Source of the DNA: Squalus acanthias
Taxonomy: Eukaryota
Direction: 5' to 3'
DNA length: 64,000 bases
NCBI GenBank assembly: GCA_030390025.1
Contig: CM059434.1
Coordinates: 45,570,001-45,634,000 of the forward strand
Shown: positions 13,063 to 25,000 of the stretch, piece by piece
Layout of the letters: each line of letters starts with the position of its first letter
How positions within the stretch are numbered: position 1 is the stretch's first letter
Translations under genes and position numbers: made by a program
Notes under the pieces: generated by a model
The model's database searches: none
What the model was told of the DNA's origin: nothing
Seen by the model: the letters and a program-made list of their open reading frames with translations, nothing else

Positions 13063-16000
13063 GTAAGTCTCCAGAATGTTAACTGTTGTTGATCTCTGTA
13101 TTAAGTTGTTGGGTTGGGGAAACACTAAGGTATAGTACATTTAAGCATAAAGGTGTACAATAAACATGCTCAAGGTGGAATAGGTGATTCATTGGGTTAG
13201 CACACTTATCTTTTCACCAGTGAAGTCTGGGTTCTAATGCAGCCCAGACTGATGGAATGAGATTCCGCTCTGTCTGCTAGCAGTATGTGTGAAATGAGTT
13301 TAAGCACTCTTAATTTTGGCACAGAATTGGCAATCTCACTCCCGAGACCAGCAGGAAGGCTGTGTGGGAAATTGGAAACTTACAATGGTGCAGTAGGGGT
13401 ACTTCTCTGAGGAGAAAGGTGAGGTACAGTGTTGGGGAAGAGTAGAAGAGTTTTAGTCGGTCACAAACACACCCAACGAATGAGAATACTCCCAACATTG
13501 AAATATATGATGGCTACATAAGCAGTGAAAAAATACAAATTATGTACACAATCCCAACAGAGTATCATTATAAAACATAATTTAAAAATTGCACAAAAAT
13601 GTTATATTAATATGGTAGATGTGCTACTGGAAATTTGAGGACTTTTAATACCATCACTCTGAACCCTTTGAGAGTGTATTATTTCCATAGCCCTTAGAAT
13701 TCTATGGTCTGTCAAGGCCAATTTCTGCAGCAATTCTAATCAAATTCAATGGCATGAGAATATTTCCTGGCCGATTTGTCCAGGGTTTAGAAAATCTCAA
13801 CACAATAAATATTTTTAAAATTTTGTGTATAAACAGTGCTAAAGTATTGTTCATGAATTTTAAATTGTTTAACTCCTTTGTAGCCTTACCCTTTCATATC
13901 TCTGTAACCTCCTCCATGCCTACAAACCCTGCCCCGAACACTCCGTTAATCTGACCATAGCCTCTTAAGTATCCTGCACTGCTCCATCCCGCCATTCCTT
14001 CAGCTACCTTGCCCTATGTTGTGGCAATTTTTTTCCTCAGCACCTTCCATCTCTCCACTTCCTTCTCATTCTTGAAGATCCTCCTTAAAACCTATGTCTT
14101 TGACCAAGCTTTTGGCCACCCCTCCAAATATCTCCTTCTTTGCCTTACCATTTTTTGAAACAAATTATGCCTCCTCTGAAGTGCCTTTGGAGGTTTTTCG
14201 ACATTGAAGGGAATATAAATACATTGTTGTTGTCCTTCACCTCTACCTCCTCTTCCTATTCCACCCCCCCTCTTTGCCTCCTCCCCCTCATCTCCCCCTT
14301 TCTCCTCGTCCCCCCCTTTTTCCTCGTCCCCCCCTTTCTCCTCGTCCCCCCCTTTCTCCTCCTCCCCCCCTTTTTCCTCGTCCCCCCCTTTCTCCTCGTC
14401 CCCCCCTTTCTCCTCCTCGTCCCCCCCTTTCTCCTCCTCGTCCCCCCCTTTCTCCTCCTCGTCCCCCCCTTTCTCCTCCTCGTCCCCCCCCTTTCTCCTC
14501 CTCGTCCCCCCCTTTCTCCTCCTCGTCCCCCCCTTTCTCCTCCTCGTCCCCCCCCCTTTCTCCTCCTCGTCCCCCCCTTTCTCCTCCTCGTCCCCCCCCT
14601 TTCTCTCCTCGTCCCCCCCTTTCTCCTCCTCGTCCCCCCTTTCTCCTCCTCGTCCCCCCCCTTTCTCCTCCTCGTCCCCCCCTTTCTCCTCGTCCCCCCT
14701 TTCTCCTCGGTCCCCCCCCTTTCTCCTCGCCCCCCTTCCTCCTCGTCCCCCCCCCTTTCTCCTCATCCCCCCCTTTCTCCTCCTCGTCCCCCCCTTTTCT
14801 CCTCCTCGTCCCCCCCCTTTCTCCTCGTCCCCCCCTTTCTCCTCATCCCCCCCCCTTTCTCCTCGTCCCCCCCCTTTCTCCTCGTCCCCCCCTTTTCTCC
14901 TCGTCCCCCCCTTCTTTTTCCTCGTCCCCCCCTTTCTCCTCGTCCCCCTTTTCCTCGTCCCCCCCTTTCTCCTCGTCCCCCCTTTTTCCTCGTCCCCCCC
15001 CTTTTTCCTACTAGTCCCCCCCTTTCTCCTCGTCCCCCCCTTTCTCCCGTCCCCCCCCCCTTTCTCCTCATCCCCCCCTTTCTACTCCTCGTCCCCCCCT
15101 TTCTCCTCCTCGTCCCCCCCCTTTTTCCTCGTCCCTCCCTTTTCCCTCGTCCCCCCCCTTTTTCCTCGCCCCCCCCCTTTCCTCCTCGCCCCCCCTTTCT
15201 CCTCATCCCCCCCTTTCTCCTCGCCTCCCCCTTTCTCCTCGTCCCCCCTTCTCCTCGTCCCCCCCTTTTCTCCTCATCCCCCCCTTTTCTCCTCGTCCCC
15301 CCCTTTCTCCTCATCCCCCCTTTCTCCTCGTCTCCCCCCTTTCTCCTCATCTCCACTCTTGTGTCCCACCCCAAGTATTTTGTTCCTCAATGGCTTCCTG
15401 TGCATTCCCTGCCCTCTCCATTCCACTGCTGGTAGCAGAGTGTTCTCTCTGCTTTTAAACACCTTCTCTAAACATATGTATTCCACCATGCTTTTAGTCA
15501 CCTCTTCTATTCCCTCCCCATCATTTGTGAAGCACCTTGAAACATTTTTGTACATTAAACATGCTATAAAAATGCTTGTTGATGTTGGAGGAATTTGGAA
15601 TGCTTCAATCTGAATTTGAGGTATTGGAGTAGTTACTTAATTCACTCCAGATAGAATTATCCACATCCTTGAAGAAACCGAGTAGTTTATTATATGAGAG
15701 AAATACCTGAAGGAAGGAAAGTGGTGCGCTTAGCATACGTTTACACAACAAAAATTTGATCTGGCTTTAGATGTTTATGGTAATGTGCCTTCAGCCTGTC
15801 TGACCAATTGTTACATTTATCTTCAACACAGCTCAACCAGTGGTCCATTTGTCCACACAACACATTACCATTTTGACTGGTTCAGAGGGGTCTGTGAGAT
15901 GTGACGTTACAGGATTTTATCCTTCGGAGCATGAGCTCATCTGGGAGAAGATATCAAAGGACAAAACTGTGACAATAATAACAGATATCTGCACTGGTGC

Positions 16001-19000
16001 CCCAATTTCCAACAGTGATGGAACCTTTAATGTTTCCAGTAGAATGAGAATTGAACCAACATTGGATGATGATGATAATAAGTACAGGTGTGTCATGAAG
16101 CACCGATCACTTCCTGGTAGTCGTTCACTGGAAACTGTGCTCACAGTGAAAGGTATGTCCTCTTCCTTGCGTAAGATGGGAATATTTTTCAGTGCGCTTT
16201 TGTTAAATCTTACAATTGTTTAAAATGACTTGTGCCCATTGTTTAACATTGAATTTCTACTGAGGTTTTCACCGAATTTAAATCAAGAATTCATCCTTTA
16301 TTACTCCACAATGAAAAGACATTAAGAACATAGATAGATTAATTGAATGGGCAAAACTGTGGCAAGTGGATTTCAATGTAGGCAAATGTGAGGTCATCCA
16401 CTTTCGACCTAAAAAGCATAGAACAGGGTACTTTCTAAATGGTGGTACCCTCAAAAAACTCGATTTTGTCAAACACAATTTCCCTTTCATAAAACTGTGT
16501 CTAATTGTATTGTGATTTTCCGAGTGACCTGTTACCACATTGTTAATAAGAGATTCTAGCTTTTTCCCTATTACTGATGTCAGGCTAACTGGCCTATAGT
16601 TCCCTGTTTTCTCTCCCTCCTTTCTTGAACAGCAGTGTTACATTTGCTACCTTCCAATCCACGGGGACCATTCCAGAATCGAGGGAATTCTGGAAGATCA
16701 AAACCAATGCATCCACTAACTTTGCAGCCACCTCTTTTAAAAAGGGCAGTAGGCCATTAAGTCCACGCGATTTGTCAGCTTTTAGTCCCATTAATTTTTC
16801 CAGTACTTTTTCTTTACCAATATTAATTTGAGTTCCTCACTCTCATTAGACCTTTGGTTCCCCACAATTTCTGTTATGTTCTTTGTTTCTTTACTGTAAA
16901 GATAGACACAAAATATTTGTTTAACGTCTCTGTCATTTCCTTATTCCCCATGAAATTTGTTTTGTCTCTGCCTCTAAGGGGCCCATGTTTACTTTCACTA
17001 ATCTCTTACTTTTTACATACTTGTAAAAGCTCTTACAATCTGTTTTTATATTTCTTGCTAGTTTACTCTCATTCTATTTTCTCCCTCTTGATCAATTTCT
17101 TAGTCATTTTTAAAACCCTCTCAATCCTCAGGCTTACTACTCTATTTCAATAATTCAACATGCAGGCACTATTAATATCTGTGCAGCACTCTGCTTAAAG
17201 TGTTGGAATTTGAATTGACAGCTGGGGCATCATGGGATTGTCACCTGTAGATTTTGTGATTATTCTCTTATTGCAACTGGAGATCTGTCCAAATCGATCA
17301 CTAGAACTCGATTCCACACTATTTAAGCAATTAAAAAGACAATTCTTATTAAAAGGGAGTTCAATTTGCCACGGGAAAACTACTGAGAGTTACCCCAATG
17401 ACATTCACTGTTTTATTGTTGAAAGTTGAAATCAGAGCTGATAACATGGCGGAAATACTGCTCAGAAACTATAAACCTTTAAGAAAAGGAAGCTATGAAG
17501 TGATTTAATAAAAGCTACAGTGAAATCAGTTACATTGTTGACTGGGCCTCTCTTCAGATGAGACTAGCTTCCTAGTCTATGCAGTGAAACTAAAGTAAAA
17601 ATAACTTGCATGAACTTTGTACTCCTATCACGCACTTAACCCCATGGAACTAATAACTAATCCCTTCACAGACCGACTCAACTCGATCTAAGCAAACTTC
17701 TGTGGGCAAACACCCTTGCCTGAATCCTCCCCTCCTCTGATTTTGAACTGTTGCTTGTGCCCTGCTTCCTCTGCTCCACCATGGGAGTGTTTATTCAGTC
17801 AAAATAACTTGAATTTTCTTCCCAAAATCATTCTGCCTTGCTAGTTCCTTCCATGTCTTTGAAGGCCTAATTTAAGAAAATCTTTCCGACCATGTCCTCT
17901 CCCTTATCCCTTTCCCCAATTTTTGCTTTTCATGCCTACTGCCGATCTTGGCCCCTTGTGAATGATCGTTTACATGAGAAGATCCATATAAATGCATTAT
18001 CAAAATCGCTGTCCTGTAGAACTGAACTGATCAGGATTTATTTTAGGTGAACTGCTGCAGATTGTAAAACATGTAACATTAATTATAAGCATATTTGCTG
18101 AGAAATTACACTATTTTCAGCGGAATTTCAGTGTATAATCAGGGTAGCCCTTCCTCTGATTTGCTCGCCGAGTGAGGTAATTTATATATATATTAAAATG
18201 AGGGTCAGTAAAGCTGCATCTCCGAGTTTCCTGCTTTTACACTCCGTGCATTTGGGATAAGTTAGAATGAGAATTATAAGGAATAGTTGTTTCCAGGATA
18301 AGCTGAGACAGGCAGAAGTGAGGAGTTTGTGAGTGTGAAGGTGTGGACAGTTTCAGTCGTGATTTTTGCAGCTATTTGTCTTTTTTTTGCCATTCTGCCG
18401 ACGCAGACCTGAACTTGCTTCTCGCTGCTTCTGACCGTGTGAGACCACCGGGACATTTAAAACCCCACCCCTCACCCAGAGCTAGGGCTTTTCAGGAGCT
18501 GATACGGCTTTTCCTATGGGATGTGCTTGTATGCCATTATCACGGAGTAGGATGAAACAAAGGAGAGTAAGGCAGCATTTGAGGAGGGTGGATCCCACCA
18601 GATATTACTCCCAGTAATCATCACCTGATTCCATAAGTCACACTAAATAAGTGCACTCCTTCCTGTCTAACTATAACCTCTATGAAGAACAAAGTACGAC
18701 GTAAGTGCACATTATATTTTAATGCAACAAAGTCCAAAGTGAACACAAACCAGTCTGCTCTTTCCTAACATTATGCTTCTTGGGTGTCTAAATATGCCTA
18801 TTTTTCTCTTATTCTAGTGCTTCTCCCAGGTGTAACATGAGGGTCAGTATCACAAGAGATAGTTAGCCGCTCATGTTCGACAAAAAGTGGTCCTCCAATC
18901 ATTGTCAGGTTGCTCCTGACAGGGGTCTGATGCTGGATACATCTATGGAGCTTGTTCCTGGGTAGCCTGGTGTCACCTTCTGTGTTCTGTTGGCCTGGTA

Positions 19001-22000
19001 TGTGCAGCTGTTCTGAGAGACAGCAAGATCATGCAGGTCAACTCCAGCCATTCCCATTCCACTAAGCCCTGGATCTGTCCCCACCTCCTCTCCCCCCGCC
19101 CCATGCTCAGGAAGTTGGTTTGCCGGGTGCTATCTATTCTCTTCACTATTGCTACCAGAGCTGTAGTCTGTGCTTCTGTGGAGGTGGAGACACTGACTGG
19201 TCCCTGGCCATTTCTTAGATGGGGGTCTGTTGCAGATTGCAGTGAAACTGCAACAAAGAAAAATACTTCCCTGATGTTGCCACAAGTGAGAGCTGTCGGC
19301 TCAAGTAACACTGTCAGTTGCTGCACATCCTTGGAGACTGACCTTGGAGCCTACACATAGGTACAATGTTCCTTGAACAACTTTATTTTCAGTTTAGCAT
19401 CCATGTGTTCTGGATCCCATGACTCCGAATTCATGGGCAGCCTTCTTGATCCTCTGCTGGGGAGTTGGCCATTCCTCATCCATATTCCCATTCATCCAGC
19501 TTCCTCGTGCTCTATGAATCACCTGGTCACTTCCTCATTAACACTATCTAATTCCTGTCTCCCCACCCACTCCCGTTAAATGTATCTGAGCTGGTGCATG
19601 AAAGTGAAAAAGCAAGTGACACAGGAGATGGGTTTGAGGAGGTTGTGGCAGCGGAAAGTGGGGCAGGAGGTCTCTGCAGGGATTCATAGGTGGACTTTTA
19701 TCCAAATTCATCATCCTCGTCATTTTCATCCTCATCATCAGAGTTCACAGGAAGTAGTTGAGTCTTTGTTCGTCATCACCATCCTCTTCCTTCTCTTCCT
19801 TGTCCTTGTCCTGTGCCCGCCATTGCTGTGATGAATCTGCAGGAATATAGGGAGCAAGCTAAGTGTGGGTGATCGTGTCCTTTGGGATTAAGGAGATAGA
19901 GTAGGACTGGAAGCTTGTGGCTGTATGGTGCTTCATATAGATGCCATGGTGACTGTGTCCGTATTCAGTCACTATTCATATTTGACCCTGAAATGACCTT
20001 CTGACCGACCACATATCCGCGCCATAACTAAGACCGCCTATTTCCACCTCCGTAACATCGCACGACTCCGCCCCGCCTCAGCTCATCTGCTGCTGAAACC
20101 CTCATCCATGCCTTTGTTACCTCTAGACTTAACTATTCAAATGCACTCCTGGCTGGCTTCCCACGTTCTACCCTACGTAAACTTGAGGTCATCCAAAACT
20201 CTGCTGCTCGTGTCCTAACATGCACCAAGTCCCGTTCACCCTTCACCCCTGTGCTCGCTGACCTACATTGGCTCCCAGATAAACAACGCCTCAATTTTCA
20301 AATTCTCATCCTTGTTTTCAAATCCCTCCATGGCCTTGCCCTTCCCTATCTCTGTAATCTCCTTCAGCCCCACAATCCCCCGAGATATCTACGCTGCTCT
20401 AATTCTGCCCTCTTGAGCATCCTCGATTTTAATCGCTCCACCATCAGTGGCCGTGCCTTCAGCTGCCAAGGCCCTAAGCTCTGGAATTCCCTGCCTAAAT
20501 CTCTCCGCCTCTCTACCTCTCTTTCCTCCTTTAAGATGCTCCTTAAAACCTACCTCTCGTCTGCCCTAATTTCTCCTTATGTGGCTCAGTGTCAAAGTTT
20601 GTCTTATAACGCTCCTGTGAAGCGCCTTGGGATGTTTTACTACGTTAAAGGCACTATATAAATACGAGTTGTTGTTGTTATTCAAGTGCCAACCTTTTGC
20701 CGTCAATCTTGCTGGTTCCCACAGGAAGAGCACCAAGCCACTCCATGTGCTGTATGGCTACAATCTCGTAGGGTGTGAGGTTTTCCAGGTTGAAGCTCCC
20801 CTCTCCTGCTGCCTGTCTCTCACTGGCATTGTGTGACATTTTCTCCTGCAAGCAGATTGAATAAATTAGGCGAAGGCTTGCAGTTGAGTGTACGCCAAGT
20901 GGCTTGAGAGACCATGTTGAAGTGCAGGAAAGGTTTTAAGATTGTGCATGTAATTAATGATCGCCAGTTACTGCTGTTCTTAATCAGGGTGCATAGTGAA
21001 AGGTTATTTGTACAGCTGTTACTTTTAGAGGGTTAAAAGTATACTGGTGTCCAGGGTGCCTAAGGAAGAAAGGGGAAAGTGGCTGGTGTGTTACCCTGCT
21101 TGCTCAAGTCAGGTCATTCAACTTTTTGTGGCACTGGCCAGTGCTGCCTCCCTCCACATGCCATGAGTGCCTTCATTGATATGTTTCCTGCCATGGACAC
21201 AAATCATTCTGTCTCTCCTGTGCTTTATTTAATTGAGGAGGGTTTGCAGGTTGGACTCAGCGAAACTGTGGCACCTTCTCTGCCTTGGTCTCATACCCTC
21301 CTTCTGCCTTTGGCTGCCTCTGCTGGGTTCTCCTGTGTTAAACATTCTTGTAAAGTGTCCCAAAAACAGTCAGGTGACATACAGTCAACTCACTAAGTCG
21401 AGCACTGTTCGTTACTTGCCTGCTGCTGCAATCTTCAGCCAGAACTGGCTTTTTAAAGGCTCTACTCTAATTTCCATGCAACACAGCATATTACTCCTGT
21501 TTTGCTCCTCTCTAATGCACATGCAAATGAGCTGACCCATGAAATTGTGGTGTAAATACCTCTCCAGGCCACCGGCAGCAGCAACTTATTTTTCATTGGT
21601 GCAAAAGGAGTGCAATTCACCGCATGAAATTTCTAGGCCATTACTTAGAGGGGACATTAACTGCACATAGTTTCAAATTCTTTAAATACTTTACTGTGTT
21701 TAAGTATCTTCATTTCTAATTTACAGAAATGGAGGAGCACCATAACAAACTCTGTGCAAGTGAAGCAGTTTATTTCTTGTTGCATGTTTTTTGTCTAAAT
21801 GCTTAATGTATTTATGTTTCAAATTTCAGAGCCTGTGAAATCTTCTGCCGCAGGTGCGGTTGCTGGAAGCATAATTGGTACATTGCTGTTCTGTGCACTA
21901 TTGTTTTTTGCTGGATTTTATGCTTACAGAAAATTAAAAAAAGGTAATGTGTTGACTGGTGAAACCCTTTTATTGTACAATAACTATGTGTGTATTTGTG

Positions 22001-25000
22001 TTCTTGTAATTCTTTGGCTGCTTATTGCATGTTTTCCCCAAATTAGGTTGTGGTGGGCCTTCTCCTTGAACAACAACAGTCCTTGTGGTGATTGTGCTCC
22101 CATAATGGTGTTAGATAGACAACCTGGCCTGGAGTTTCCGCTTTGGGCGCAATTGGCAATCCAGGTGCAATTGTGCCTAAAATTCCACTAGTTTTGAGAA
22201 GTTGTATTTTTTCTCCTGTTTCTGATCAAACTCATTTGCATTTCACCAAACGTAAAATCTGCCGTGAACCAGCGCAATCGGGCAGCATTTTGGAATGTAA
22301 TTTCTTTTCTTTTTTAACTTTGCTTTAAAAAATATTCCTTGATGTTTTTAAGTGTGGTAACTTGGTGCAGTTTGCTTAATACAGCTGAAAATGGCTTTAT
22401 CACAAAAAATAAGCATTTTTAATCAGTGCCTGGGCCCACCACCTGTGAGTAATCCAATTTTGAATAACTGAAAATTGCTTTTAAAACTATACAGGACCAT
22501 TTGCTAGTTATATTGGTGTACAGTAGACAGTTTCTTAGTAAATTAAAAATAAATTATATTCAGAAGCTTTGAAAACATGCCTATTGGTATCCTTGCTCCT
22601 AAAAAAAAGCTTAATTTTAAGAGCCTCCTTGAAGGCCTGCAAATGGGAGCAATTAGGGAAACTTGCAATGGTGATGAATTCACTCTGGGGGCGTGGCCAG
22701 TTTTGTGGGCGGGGCTGGCTTCTTGTACAATGTTTTTTAAGCTAGCGCAAAAGATCGCGGAAACTCGCTTTGCATTGGATGTAATTTGCACTGGTTTGGC
22801 CATTTTCGGACGAATTGTGCTGAAAAAAACAGCACAAACTCACGGAAACTCCTGCCCTGTGTTTACATACACCATGGCCCGTATTTTCCGATCAGAGGCT
22901 TCCTGCATGCGAATGCCTCCGATCTGGAAAAAATCTACACCCTTACCTGAGGGCTCCAGAGGTCCGGACATTTCCGCTCCTGGGCCTCTCCGACTGCGCG
23001 TGCGCAGAGTCCCAGGGGCGCAGGCGGTTCGCAAGCGTCCCTGGGATCACGTGGGCCATGGGGAACCAATGGAAGAAGGGAATCCCCCTTCATATTTTTG
23101 ACACGTCTCTCACCTGACGAAGGAGCAGTGCTCCGAAAGCTTATGATTTCAAATAAAGCTGTTGGACTATAACCTGGTGTTGTGCGACTTCTCACATCTG
23201 TCAAATATATGAATGCGGATCACTCAAAAAACACAATACTGTAAATCCATTTTTTTTTAAATCACGTTTTTAAAATTAGTTAAAATTACATTAAATTAAA
23301 TATTTTAAACAAATTTAATTTAAAAAAAAATTAAAGTTTTTTACTGGGCTAAAAATAAACTTGCCTTTTTTAAAAGTATTTTTAAATTATAAATGAGTGA
23401 AAAAAATTTTCTTTTTAAACTCTTTTGCTGGTAAAAGCAGGTCTTACGCCTGCTTTTACCAGGTGTAAGATTTTTAAAGGTTTTCAGCGGGCGGAGGTTC
23501 TGCAGAAAGCGGAACTCTCCACCCACAGAGGCCCTTCTCCAGGGCAGGCGGATGATCTGTCAAGAGAATTCTTGACAGATCGGAAGTGCCGGTTTTCAGC
23601 ACATGCACTTCGCATGCCTGAAACCGGCACTTGCGAGGCCCCTACAGGTGTGTACACAGCTCGTACACAGCCATAGGGATCGGAAAATACGGGCCATTAT
23701 CATGTCTTGTATATACACTTCTACCTGTAGTCCTAGCAAGAAAATAAAGCAGAGTAAACAAATGAGAACATTTCGATTGTCAAATTTTAATTCACTTTTG
23801 TTTTGATTAGCTACTCCCAAAATTACTGAATTCAGCATTCCTCTCGACATTCGCCATTTTGAGGTAGCCGTCATCCGTTGCCAAATTACCGGATTTAGTC
23901 CACAGGGGATTAGACTTGCTTTATTCTTAAAGAGGAAGGGGAATGAAAACCAAAAGAAAATCTTTTGCTGGAATAGTATGGACCAGATCGCAAGAACCAA
24001 GTAAAAACAAAGCACCACGGAAAACTAGATGAAGTGCAGCTTCTTATGAATGGGTGTGAACAAGATGCATTCTTTAAGTCCTTGGAACCGGAATATGAAA
24101 ATAACAGTGACGGAACTTCCAATTTAAAGTGCGATATCAAAATGTATCCTGATTTATACAGCGATGATGGGGCTGAATTAACTATTGAAGTTCAACATAT
24201 AACTCTTGCGTCACCTGTTCGGAAAACTGTAACACTGGATGTTAAAGGAGGTAAATCATGAACATTTGCACTTAAGCATTAATGGTGCAGAAATTCTGAT
24301 CCCTACGGGTGTGTACGCGCTGTGTACTCACCCGTAGGGACATCGGAAATGCCGGTTTCAGGCATGCACTGCTCATGCGCTGGAAACCGGCATTTCCGAT
24401 CTGTCAAGCTTGACAGATCCTCCGGCTGCCCGGGAGAAGGGCCTCTACGGGTGGAGAGTTCCGCTGTTTGGAGACCCTCCGCCCGCAGAAAACACTTACA
24501 ATTCTTGCGCCTGGTAAAAGCAGGCGGAAGGCCTGCTTTTACCAGGATAAGAGTAGAAAAAAAGTTTTTTAAAAATTCCACTGATTTATCATTTAAAAAT
24601 ACTTTAAAGAAAGGTTTGTTTATTTTTAGCTCCGTTAAAAGCTTCGATTATTTTTTTCAAAAAATAAAATCTTTGTTTAAAATACTTAATTTATTGTAAT
24701 TTAAAGTCATTTTAAAAATGTGATTTTTTATTTAAATTTATTTAAAGTTTTACTATGTTTTGGGGGTGATCTCCATTCATATATTTGACAGGTCTTCCTG
24801 TCAAATGTATGAAGGGAGATTCCCTCCTCTGATTGGCTCCCCATGGCCCACGTGATCCCAGGGCGCTGCGAACCACCTGCGCCTCTGGGATATGTGGGCC
24901 CTGCACACCGGCAGTTTGGAGAGGCCCAGCAGCGGAACTCTGCGCCTCCCGGGAGCCCTCCGGTCTTGGCGCAGATTTTTCCAGATCGCAGCCCTCCGCC

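Noticed and set aside
14092-15435. Pro-rich and GDEEK-repeat ORFs up to 431 aa
   Set aside because: Minisatellite open in several frames on both strands; intronic
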